Positions 37,991 through 49,979 of a stretch of 64,000 nucleotides of DNA are shown here, piece by piece. A program made the translations under genes and the position numbers. Source of the stretch: Neoechinorhynchus agilis (Eukaryota; Animalia; Acanthocephala); NCBI GenBank assembly GCA_051530055.1, contig CM121342.1, positions 1,398,797 through 1,462,796 on the forward strand. The letters are read 5' to 3'. The notes beneath the pieces are model-generated. The model ran no database searches and was not told the origin of the DNA. It saw nothing but the letters and a program-made list of their open reading frames with translations. How positions within the stretch are numbered: position 1 is the stretch's first letter; each line of letters opens with the position of its first letter.

Positions 37991-39051
37991 TCGCTACAGA
38001 TACCTGTTTTTGCCTTGCCAGTGGATGGCGACAAAAAATAAGTTGGAGCTTCGTATTCATTGACCAGATTAGTTTTCCATTTTATGTGTTAAGAGCATTT
38101 TGGCTTTTTATACGATTATTGTACTTATCGTCTTTATTGTTTAAATACAATACGAATTCTCCATGCGAAATTAATGTGCTCTGCAATGGACAAATCGGAT
38201 AAGTCGAAATAATAATTTTAGCGATTAAATGCTCGTTTACTAGTTTTAAAGCTGTAATGTATTTCCACCGAAAATACACTTATAAGAGTAAATTAGCTCT
38301 TCTTTCTTGGGAGAATTATAACAAACACCAGGTTATTAAGCTTAACTTTTTATCTAATTTGACGAACTTAGAATTGGCACTTTTTGTTAAACACATTATC
38401 CGCTCATAAAAATGAAATAGATGGATAGAAACGGCCAACGAAAATCAGGTACAGTTTATTAGTCGAACAAAAAGTTTACTTTAAACTGAATGGTCTATCA
38501 ATCCGTTGACTGAATTTGTTCAAATGAAGCAGGTAAGAAAACGTCGCTTCTCTACAAATCATTTTGGTCTTCCTATTTATAATAAATTTTTATAACGCGA
38601 ATCGCAGTTTTTTTCGGTTTTTGAAATCCTTATTGATGTTAGATGAGTTTAGTGATTATTCTAAATGGTCCGATCGTATGATCATTGTAATTGATTATTT
38701 AACGGCGTAATCACACCGGCCTAAATGTTCGCTTAAAACGGTCTAATTTTGTCCTCATATTTTGTTTGTCTACTTGCCAAATCAAAAATCAACACTTTGT
38801 AAGTCACTTAAAGGTTAACTGAAGAAAAATAACATAAATATAATTGTGTGACTTTTTCGATTTTTATTGAATCCCTTCAGGAAATCGATATAAGAAGTGC
38901 AAATGCACTGCGTTGACACTATTATTAATCAACTTATATGCCAGAAGTGACGAGTTGCTCTAAAACTATGATTTATTTGGTTGCTCAGCACATTTATCGC
39001 TGAAATATTGATTTGATCGATTTGAAAATGTCAGAGACTTTTTGGACGGGA

Positions 39052-39499
39052 TCAAAATCTGTTAATAGGAGTATCAAATAAGGAATAATGTTGTGATAAA
39101 CCTTCGTCGTCATCTGGTAGCCCAGGTGGAATTATATTCTTCGGTGTAGTTATCCGTCCTTCGCATGGAGGCGGAAATGCGATCGTTACGTTTTCCGGTT
39201 TAGTTATATTGTACTATTTTATGTATTTGTGTGTATATGTGTTTAGTTTCGTTAATCCGAGGATAAAGCACATAGGAACGTACCTTATCCCTGACTTGCT
39301 GCCTCATTACCTCCCTCTTCATCTCCATCTTCGCATACTTCGCTTCTCTTTTCTGTTCAGCTTCAAGCCTCGCTTCCGCAACCTCCGGGTCTTCTACATC
39401 TGCTACAGTCGTCTTTTCATCACCTCCCGAACCAGCGGTGGCTAAGTCTATAATTCTCAATTGGCAATTAATGAACTGTTCGAACATTGAGCTGTTCAT
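39052..39499 (-). CDS. CPLX: Complexin, about 125 aa; exons 39499-39284 and 39213-39052
   Basis: EDPEVAEARLEAEQKREAKYAKMEMKREVMRQQVRDK, then a 70-nt GT-AG intron, then YNITKP...EGRITTPKNIIPPG. The N-terminal Q8/Q13/L14 align with invertebrate MAAFIAKQMVGNQL. Confidence 0.9.
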
Positions 39500-40699
39500 A
39501 AATAGGTTGCCTTATGGCGCTTAAACGAAATTAAAATAATTTTAAACTGCCGATTGGTATCGGGGGCGCACAATCTTGTACGCGTTTATTACAAGGTTGT
39601 TTACAAGTGTTTTATTCGTATTTCACCATAAAACAACCAATAAATGAACTCTCTAACATAGTACCTTTCATCTTGTCCAATTGTTTGCCCATAATGAGTT
39701 TGAACAGAAACTCACTCATTTTGCCTTTGTTTGGATATTGGGGAAAAGATCCGTTATTACAGCTCTATGCGAGATACAAATATGTGTAGAGTAAGAGAAT
39801 GTGTTTATTGATCGATGTGAAACAGTCAAAAGAGGGGGACTATATAACGTGCAACTCCAAAACACTCGAATTCAACTTTCTTAAACATGGAGATGTTTTG
39901 AGACGATGTGGTTAAAATGTGAAATGGATAGCGTTCCACTCACACAAACAAAAGTCATTTGCGAATGTCGGTTCTATGCACTAAAGAGTAACAAAAATTT
40001 TTTGTCCTTTCTAAACAAGGACATAAAGAAATTCTAATTCCTCAGCTATCACTAAAAAATTGTTACTAATCAATCAATGTTCGACTTTTGTTGCGGATTT
40101 TTCGTATCATTTTTTGCTGGTGCATCCTTTCAATGTGAATTCTTTTACAAGGAACCCTTGGCGTCCTCTAATTCAGTAGAATAAATGTCGCAGTTTCTAT
40201 GGACAACGTCTTAAAGGAAAATATTCCAAGAGTAATTTTTTACCTGATCCCATTTTGCATTTCGATTTGCTCTTTATATTTCTGTCTTCTCATGCCAAAA
40301 CTCGCATAAAGAAATCGATGCTCTATACGCAACGAACTTCAGTTGTTGTGAATCGTAGAGCGTTGAATTTACGAAATATTACGCCTGGTCAGAAATTTTG
40401 CAGCTCATTCGTTCAAATAGATTTAAAGTTTAAAATACAGACTAAAATGCGAGTCACGTTATTTCTTTGGAAATTTAAGTTTCTGTTATTTTTTACAATC
40501 CCGCGTTGTTTAACGTTGTCACTATAAAGTTAGACAAGTTAATTATTTAACCAAGCAATCACTGGATAATTTTTACAAACATTTTTTACCTGGAAACGTT
40601 TATGCCGCGATGCTGGTTCATTTATCGAAAATGTGCATTTTATCTGCATTTTTTTAATAAAAATAACTAATTTGATGGAAAAAAGGTATTTACAAACAT

Positions 40700-40925
40700 T
40701 CACACTACCGCTCTGGATCACTCAGTTGCCGTCCTTTTGTAACGGTTGAAAGGACGGATGCAGCGTTCCCTCGTTGCACAGCCAGAACTTTGTTTTGTAG
40801 GAGGAATGCTCCTGATCTCGGATCGCCAGTGATTCGTCTCAATCTCCTAGACAATTGCTTTACCAGGTCCTGTGCCGCGGAACCAAACGACCCGAGCGTT
40901 TCGACGCCAAAGGGAGCAAAATAAA
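40700..40925 (-). mobile_element. CRE-clade element 3' end fragment
   Basis: Minus strand encodes FAPFGVETLGSFGSAAQDLVKQLSRRL..ITGDPRSGAFL...AVQRGNAASV. Confidence 0.85.
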
Positions 40926-41329
40926 GATTGAATTGTTCATGTTTTTTACTTCGGAAAGAATGAAGGAATTTTATTAAATCCGATATTTCGGCACAGGTTG
41001 TATGGAAGTGGATGAATAATGATTATGAGAATAGACAACAGAAAATTTGATATAACGAATATTTTTAGTCGTCAATAAGCACAAATTTTCTAAAGAATAT
41101 TGCTTTTGGAATGCTCACATAGACATTGCTAATGATCCAATACGATCATGTGACTATAACGAAAAAGAAGATCCTCGCCTGTTTCACTCCAAGAAAACCG
41201 GTAGAGGTCCTCTTGTTGACCCCGAATGGCGCTCAATGGTTACTCCTTGTATAGTCTCAATTTTCATAGGAGGGAAACATCCGAACGCTTGTTGGGGAAA
41301 CTGAGTCTTTCCAAGTAAATGTTGGTTTG

Positions 41330-42660
41330 CACTATGTTTTGTAGGAGGAATGCTCCTACCCTCTGATCGCCAGTGATTCGTCTCAATCTCTTAGACAATT
41401 GCTTGACCAGGTCCTGCACCGCCGTACCAAACGACCCGAGTGTCTCGACGTCAAAGGGGGCGAAATAATGATTTCGATTCAGATCCCTGTATTTAATCTT
41501 TTTAAGTTTCGCAGCGGCGGTTGCTGCTCCCCGCGGGTTTAATGGTGGCGAATTTTATGTTGCTTGCTGCGATCGTGTCCACGAACCTGGCGTCCCAAAG
41601 AAAACATTTTCCTTCTCGCCACGGAAATACTGACACCGTCCGGTCTACGGCCATCAAGTCGGCAAATTTTAAGGATGTTGGGCGCATTCGCAGTATTCAG
41701 GGCACGATTAAGAAATGAGTTTACTTCAACGTGCCGTGAGCAATTCCGCCTGATTGCCGACAAACGAGACCATGGCGTCCTAATGGTTCCAGGGTCGCTC
41801 CTTAACGGCTGCGATGGGATGTCGGTACTCCTAATCTGCATTCTTTACGGACTCGTCGGAGAGAAGAATACTCACAGAAGCGCTCGGGATAGCGTTGAGA
41901 AAAGCACCCGATTCTCTTGTAGAGACTGCCCCCCAATCAAGCTCGGTTCACCAGGTCACGAGAATCTTAAATTAGAGAGTTATGGATTCTCGCTACCAGG
42001 GGTGAGTCCCAAACTGATTGTTTGCAACCATTGAGGGGTACCTACTCGCTGCCTGGATCTCCACACCAAAGATTAAGCGCCTACACGAAATCTTCATCCA
42101 AAGTGTAATTCTCGCCAAGAACGGATTGAACTATTTTGCGGCTTGCTTTATGCGACCTAGAATGAGCTGGCAGAGAAATATCGGTTGCTTTTCAGATACT
42201 CGAAAAGGCGGACGGTACAGGCAAGGACGCTTGACGCCACGCCCCTCCCGACCGCTTAATATTTAGAATTTTCTCGAGAGAAGCTTTCACCGTCTCGTAT
42301 AATTTTGCCAGCTTATCCCTATGCCTAAAAAGCTGCTGTGCGCAGCCTTTACAACAATTTTGGAATGAAGAGGATGTTCTTGATCAGTAACAGAGCGTCG
42401 TGTGAAGATTATTCATTAATTCGTTCGCACAGCACCGAAAGTTGCGGTTGAAGATTGGCAGCCTCTGCTTCAACAAAGACTCAACCGGTCTAGAGTGATC
42501 GATTCTATCCCGGGGGCCAAGTTCTGAAAATCTTTCACGATTGTTTGCCTCATCTTCCACGTTCATCACTAAAATCTCGCATTTCTCAGTATTCGATTCA
42601 ATGCCAATTTTCGCCGTCTTACGCCACCTCACGACATTTACAAAATACGTAAGATTTGAG
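41330..42660 (-). mobile_element. CRE-clade element fragment (late RT to RLE, internally deleted)
   Basis: RHVEVNS, LCRLDGRRPDG, FPWREGKCFLWDA.FVDTIAAS, plus KIGIESNTEKCEIL (RT) at 42384-42632. Confidence 0.85.
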
Positions 42661-44974
42661 ATACCAGTTAAATCACCGGTGATAAGAGAAGCTTCGGAGG
42701 TTTACATGCTTGAATCTATTCGAGATTTAGCCATGAAATCCATCGAAAATCAATCAATAAGCTTTCAATTTCAAAATCGATTAATTACGAACAGAAGAGA
42801 GCAATCGCCGATAGCACAAAATGATGTTTTCAACTACTTTAGGCCATTCGACGGTTTATCGATCCGTACATTCATTGAACACAATGACCACAAATCAATA
42901 AAGTCAAGAATTTTTTACCAATAAGAATGGAGAACTTGGCGATCGTATCAAAGAAAATGATGACAAACTTCGACTGAGCAATTTTATCCACAATTTTCCA
43001 ATGCAATTTGTGTTTTTCACCAAAACCTTAGCCTGCGTGGCATGCGTTCAATCGCCTCGCAGGTTCTACGTTTAGAGAGAAGATGCAAGAAATCTTAATT
43101 TCGGTCTTGACAAACAAACAGTCGTTAATCGAGCAGAATTGAAGGATGATCAAATTTTCCCATTTGACATTGGCACTCTCGTTGCTAAAGCAATGCTCGT
43201 AAAAGGAAAATCGAAAACAGAAAAGATATCTATTTTTCCCTTTGATTACGGACTAAAAATTGAGGTTAATGGTGCGCCCATCTTTGATTGTGAATTAGAA
43301 TTTCAACAAATCCAACCAATGGCTTACCTTTCCGGACTTGAAGATGACCAGATACTAACGCATTCAGAGAGTCAAGCGGTAATTGTCAGTTTTGTACTCC
43401 GGGGAAATGTGTTTGAATGCCAAGCTTTTTATATTTTGATGTTTCGCAATGGATTGATCTTGTTTTGAAAATGTGGAAAGTTGATAACTAGCTTTCAATA
43501 TCGATTGAAGAATACACTCATGTTCAAAACTTCTGCGGATTTTGTTACTCAGAGAAGATGAAGATGATTTACCGATTTCATAAAGAAATTCTTAGAGTTA
43601 GATCCTCATCTACGACTAAAGTCGCGTAGAGCGATAGAGGGTGGATTTTTAATAATTGCACGTCTTTCATTTCATCCGGAATATAACGAAAAAATAAGAT
43701 CTACATGAGATTACGCGACAATATTGATCGTCAATAGGATAAGAAACCGCAAATGAACACATCATTGATATAAACAAAGGAAAATTTTCATTTAAAGGAA
43801 GTTACTGATGCAATAATAAAGAGGGAAAGGGATAAAAAGCGTGTTCAAATGTTCAAAAACACAGTTCTCCTACGTGACGAAAGAGGAATTAAAATGGACG
43901 AATTGTTTTTATTCGGTTAAATTGAGACAATAGAATAGTTGGTATTTTGAACGAAGACTTCACGCAAAAATTTGTCAAAAGTAGTCTTTAGTTTTAATTC
44001 AAAAAAAGCGAGAAATGGGCCCAAACGGTCAGAGAACCTACAGGTTTAGTGTTCAATTTGCTGGCTAAAACAGGTCAGAGAAATACATTACAATTATCTT
44101 CGTCTGCATTGTTTGCGCTGATGAAATTAATAAATTAGAAGCGCAAAAATGAAAACGCACTTATTTAAATTACGTTTATCTGTGCCAGAATCGAATTTAT
44201 GGAAAATGCAACGATAGAATGAAAACTCAAAACAATGAAAAAAATGTAATATCTTCTGTAAGGTTGGATTTCGTTAATTGTTATTTGCAGCAATTTTTTA
44301 AATTAGATAGAAAGGTACGGCGATTTCGGTAAAATCTAAATGTTTTCGTTCGTTTTTTCGAAGCAATTTTAATGTATCTTAGAGTTTCGTCTTAAAAGTT
44401 GTTTTGATGTTTAATTCTTTAGTTTTGGTTCCACGGGTTCTTTACAACTTAGATTTAGTTCAAAGTCCGCCTTATTCTCCAGTTAACAACCTGGCGAATA
44501 TACTCATAGCGATCATTTCTATAGTATGAATCTTAACTTTCTGCACCAACAGAAAGCAAGCCACAATCGCGCAAAAAAAACCGTTTATTTCTGTTCATGA
44601 CTTTACGCCCTTTAGATTTATAATAATGACACGTTTTAATTGTGATTCACAAAGATGATCCATGTACATTTTGGTCCTGCTAAAAAGGCGAGTTTGTTTT
44701 TCATGGTCTTTATGCGTTCCTCAGTGGCTGTTGCTCCGTGGATTATTATGTTGGTGGCCGCCAACGGCGTCACTCGACCTAAATTGATTCCAAATTCGAT
44801 GGTCTGTTTCTTTTGTGATTATGAAGATAGATATTGATTTATTGTTCTCAATATTTCGTCCATCTCGTCGGACTTTTTCCGGTTGTTATCTTTCATTTGG
44901 CGCTTTAATTTCCATGTTTTGACCGAAATACCGAGGATGCGGCACCGATCCACGAGTGTTGCAATTGGTCCATT

Positions 44975-47520
44975 TCGCGAGAATTCGCCATCAACTGTTC
45001 TGTATTTTCATTTGAAGAATTGTTCTCTCCTTGAACACTCATCGAAATCGGAATTTCGTGACTTAACTTTTGTGCCATTTTCTCTTTGCTGCCTTTAAGA
45101 ACCTTTAAATGGGCATGGCGCTGTCTTGGATTCCATTTTGATTACTTCATTGAGTCTGACGGCGAGAATTCACCATCAACTGTTCTGCATTTTTAATTGT
45201 AGAATTGTTCTCTCCTGAAACAGTCATTGGAAATCGGAATTTCGTGAACCAACTTTTGTGCTATTTTCTCTTTACTGCTTTTTAGAACCTTTAAATGTGC
45301 ATGACGCTGCCTTGGATTCAATTTTTGATTACTTCACTGAGTCTGACGGCGAGAATTCGCCATCAACTGGTCTGCATTTTCAATCGACAAAATGTTCTCT
45401 CCTTGAACACTCAATGGAAATAGGAATTTCGTGACTTAACTTTTGTGCTATTTTCTCTTTACTGCCTTTTGGAACGTTTAAATGGGCATGGCGCTGTCTT
45501 GGATTCCGTTTTTGATTTCTATATCGAGTCTGACGGCGAGAATTCGCCATCAACTGTTCTGTATTTTCAATTGAAGAATTGTTCTCTCCTTTAACACTCA
45601 TTAGAAATCTGAATTTCGTGAACAAAGTTTTGTTTTGTGCTATTTTTTCATTATTGGCTCTTAAAACCTTTAAATGGGCGTGACGCTGTCTTGGGTTCCG
45701 TTTTTGATTTCTCTATCGATTCTGACGGCGAGAATTCGCCATCAACTGTTCTGCATTTTCAATTGAAGAATTGTTCTCTCCTTGAACACTCATTGGAAAT
45801 CTGAATTTCGTGAACAAAGTTTTGTGCTATTTTTTCATTATTGGCTCTTAAAACCTTTAAATAGGCATGACGATGTCTTGGATTCCGTTTTTGATTTTCT
45901 TATGGAATCCGACTGCGAGTATTCGGCCTCAACTGTTCTGCCTTTTTAATTGAAGAGTTGTTTTCTCCTTAAACATTCATTGGAAATCGGAATTTCGTGA
46001 CTTAACTTTTGTGCTACTTTCTCTTTGCTGCCTTTAAGAGCCTTTAAATGGGCGTGGCGCTGTCTTGGATTCCATTTTGACTACTTCGTTGAGTCTAAGG
46101 GCGAGAATTCGTCATCAACTCTTCTGCATTTTCAATTGAAGAATTGTTCTCTCCTTGAACACTCATTGGAAATCTGAATTTCGCGAACCAACTTTTGTGC
46201 TATTTCCTCTTTACTGCCTTTTAGAACCTTTAAATGGGCATGACGCTGTCTTGGATTCCGTTTTTTGATTTCTATATCGAGTCTGACGGCGAGAATTCGC
46301 CATCAACTGTACTGCATTTTCAATCGACGAAATGTTCTCTGTTTGAACACTCAATGGAAATCGGAATTTCGTGACTTAACTTTTCTGCTATTTTCATTTT
46401 ACTGCCTTTTAGAACCTTTAAATGGGCATGACGATGTCTTGGATTCCGTTTTTGATTTTCTTATCGAATCCGACTTCGAGAATTCGGCCTCAACTGTTCT
46501 GCATTTTTATTTGAAGAGTTGTTTTCTCGTTAAACATTCATTGGAAATCGGAATTTCGTGACTTAATTTTTGTGCTATTTTCTCTTTACTGCGTTTTAGA
46601 ACCTTTAAATGGGCATGGTGCTGTCTTGGATTCCGTTTTTGATTTTTTACCGAGTCTCAGGTTAGAATTAGGCATCAACTGTTCTGCACTTTCAATTGAA
46701 GAATTGTTCTCTCCTTGAACACTCATTGAAAATCTGAATTTCGTGAACCGAGCTTTGTGCTATTTTTTCATTACTGCCTTTTAAAACCATTAAATGTGCG
46801 TGACGCTGTCTTGAATTCCGTTTTTGATTTCTTTATCGAGTCTGACGGCGAGAATTCGCCCTCATCTGTTCTGCATTTTCAATTTAAGAATTGTTCCCTC
46901 CTTGAACACTCAACAGAAATCGGGTAATCGTGACCCAACTTTTGTGCTATTTTTCTCTTTACCGCCTTTTAGAACCTTTAAATGGGCATGGCGCTGTCTT
47001 GGATTTCGTTTTTGATTTCTTTATCGAGTTTGACGGCGAGAATTCGCAATCATCTGTTCTGCATTTTCAATTTAAGAATTGTTCCCTCCTTGAACACTCA
47101 ACAGAAATCGGAATTTCGTTACTTAACTTTTTGGCTATTTTATCTTTGCTGCCTTTAAGAACCTTTAAATGTGCATAGCGCTGTCTTGGATTCCATTTTG
47201 ATTACTTCATTGAGCCTGACGGCGAGAATTCGCCATCAACTGTTCTGCATTTTTAATTGTAGAATTGTTCTCTCCTTAAACACTCAGTGGAAATCGGAAT
47301 TTCGTGGAACAACTTTTGTGCTATTTTCTCTTTACTGCCTTTTAGAAGCTTTAAATGGGCATTGCGCTGTCTTGGATTCCGTTTTTGATTTCTATAGCGA
47401 GTCTGACGGCGAGAATTCGCCACCAACTGTTCTGCATTTTCAATTGAAGAATTGTTCTCTCCTTGAACACTCATTGGAAATCTTAATTTCATGAACCAAC
47501 TTTTGTTCTATTTTCTCTTA
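44975..47520. repeat. Tandem satellite 4, unit about 187 bp, about 13.5 copies
   Basis: gagaattcgccatcaactgttctgcatt recurs at about 44979, 45164, 45351, 45538, 45730, 45917, 46103, 46291 and 46478. Confidence 0.96.
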
Positions 47521-47592
47521 ACTTTGTAATCGAAACATCCAAGAAAGCGATCGATATGCCACTATTAAACAATTTATACCGTTGATCGTAAA

Positions 47593-49211
47593 ATGCTGAT
47601 CATGCGCAATTTTCGTTATAACGAAAAAAGCGTTGTTTTTGGTGATTTCCTTTCGAGACCTCTTGATCCTCCCGATGATCGTGGAGGTTTGGATGTCGGT
47701 GGTTCGCTGAGCTCTAACAACTTACGAATTCCAATGTCCTTGGAGAAGCGAGAGCAGTTGTTCTCTGATCTCGAGCATCAATCTCAAGTCCTGATAAACA
47801 ATTCCCAGTTGACATCGACAAAGCAACAATTTCCAAAATACTCTTCTTTACCGACAAAAAGATGGCCTTTCATAGCCATTTAGATCCAAACCTATCCTAC
47901 CCAAACAAATCATTTACGACCAAGCCGTAAGTGCGTGGACTCTTACCTTCAAGAACGATGGTATTAAAAGGATCGATCACATATTACGCCGGCACCCTAC
48001 GAATCTACCTGACTTCACACATTTGGTTGAATCACCTTGTCAAGTTTTCGAAATCTAACCTCCCTAAAGAAGTCTACGATATTACGTCCAGTTCTAAAAA
48101 AAGTTCAATTTCTTGTTAAAGGTGTTGAACCTTCTCTCAGCAAAGAAAAACGGGACGAGTTCGAACAAACTTTCTAAAATCAAGAAGGACGGGCCAACCT
48201 ATTTCTATTGCCATGGTAGAAGGACAAAGGAATGTGCGTGATGACTTATGTTCTCAACAATTTTGCTCCTTCAACTGCTTCGAAATTAACTTCGTGATGA
48301 AATCAAACTATGAGCAAGATGATTTCATCTTTCCGCAATGCAATATCTGTCAACATTGGGGCCATTGGTGCCAACACTGCCCCAATCCTTCTCACAAAAA
48401 ATGTTGTCACTATGGGGATTCCTCTCACGGTTCGGATCAATGTACCAGTTCAAATAAACATTGCTCAAATTGTCAAGGACAGCATTCGTCTTTTTACAAA
48501 GGATGCCCAGAATTCAAAAATTACTGGGCCTGGGCTCAGAATTCTCGTATTAGCGCCGTGGAAAAAAGGAAAAAGCTCATTATTACAACTAAGCAAGTAG
48601 CGCCTAAACTCAATTCATTGCTTCCAACACCCTCCTTTCGACAAGACGCCAACTCTAACTTCTCAGGATTTTCCGGTAACATGCCCTCTACTCAAGTGGT
48701 AACGATGGGATTGCAGGACATTGCTTCTGAAGAAACTAACTAAACGTTCTCACTAACTGGACCTGCAATAAACGAAGCAGCAAACAGCTTGATGCAAGTT
48801 CATTCGAGAATTAATTCGTTAATTTCAACAATAAGTCAGCTCGCCATCGTGAGCGAACAGAACGAATTGAACGATGATTCCACCGCGGCTAATGTAACCG
48901 AAAAAATTAAACCATTTCGAATTATGAACGAATTAGAAAAAGATAAATTTACAAAGGTTGCGAAATGGCCTTCTTTGGTTGATCAAATCGATGCGATTGT
49001 TGTCAAAGATATCGGAAATTACGACAATGCGGGTGTAATTGGTCTTGAGGTGGTAAATAAATCTTTGACGGCAAAGAGGAAATCCGCATCTTACCCTGTC
49101 AAACTTCTGAAAAGTAAAAATGGAAAGCCCTGTAAAAATGTCGTACCAAGAAGAGCGTATCCTGGTTTTATACTAAAGAAAAAGTTCTTTGTTGCAAATG
49201 TGCACAATTGA
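47593..49211 (+). mobile_element. Gag-like ORF1 of a non-LTR retrotransposon (Jockey/I-type triple zinc knuckle), frameshifted
   Basis: QCNICQHWGHWCQHC..., CCHYGDSSHGSDQC and CSNCQGQHSSFYKGC within 48213-48743. A DPPD motif near the start and LVKGV upstream. No ORF2 seen. Confidence 0.7.
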
Positions 49212-49309
49212 CTCTTACATCGTCCAAAAAAGGAAGCGATGAAGGTAAAAATCAGAAACTTCCATTACAACCTCCTTGTGTCCAAAGCGTACCTAATCTC
49301 TCGGATAAA

Positions 49310-49857
49310 GTAGTTTCGGGATGAAGAGGGTATTCTTGATCAGGAATAGAGCATCGTGTGACGAAAGTTCCCGGACTCTATCGCACAGCATCGTGATGTT
49401 CTTGAGTATATGGTCGATTTAATTTTCCACATTTGAATCAAAAACGCGGCTCCCTAGAAGACTCAGCCTGTCTAGCGTGATCAATTCTAAACCGGGTGCC
49501 AGATTTCTGAAACCTTTGACGATTTCGCTCTGACTCGTCTTCGATGTTCACTACCAACAGTTCGCATTTCCGTGCATTTAGCTCAACGCCCAATCTCGCC
49601 GTCTCCCTTACGAGTGTCTCCAAATCGCGCAGTACAACGGAGGGATAACCTCCGAGCGTAGCGTCATCCAAGTACCAAGCGTTGAAGCTGGACTGGAGAG
49701 AGTGCGCTATTGGATTCACTGCAAGGGAGAAAGCGATTGGACCGAGGGGATCTCCCTGTTGTACTCCTCTTTCAGACCAAATGAGATGATCGTTGAACAG
49801 CAAAGGAGTCGGGGTCCCGCATGCGTTGAGAAAATAAGGAAAAGCTTCTGGTAACAT
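49310..49857 (-). mobile_element. CRE-clade reverse transcriptase fragment
   Basis: SERGVQQGDPLGPIAFSL and WYLDDATLGG. Confidence 0.9.
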
Positions 49858-49979
49858 TAATTAACAAATAAAGCTGTTATTATAAAGAAACTGATTTTTG
49901 CGATCATTTCTATAGTTTGAATCTCAACTTTCTGCACCAACAGAAAGCACGCACTTCAAAATCACACACGGCGTTGAAC

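Noticed and set aside
43470-44150. TIR-like traces on the minus strand (LRDF, SRRTVF)
   Set aside because: Out of order and interrupted by many stops.
44883-47494. ORFs inside satellite 4
   Set aside because: They are by-products of the 187-bp repeat, whose frame shifts between units.
29181-47520. Satellites 2-4 as CRISPR arrays
   Set aside because: Whole units repeat with no unique spacers, there are no cas genes, and the context is eukaryotic.
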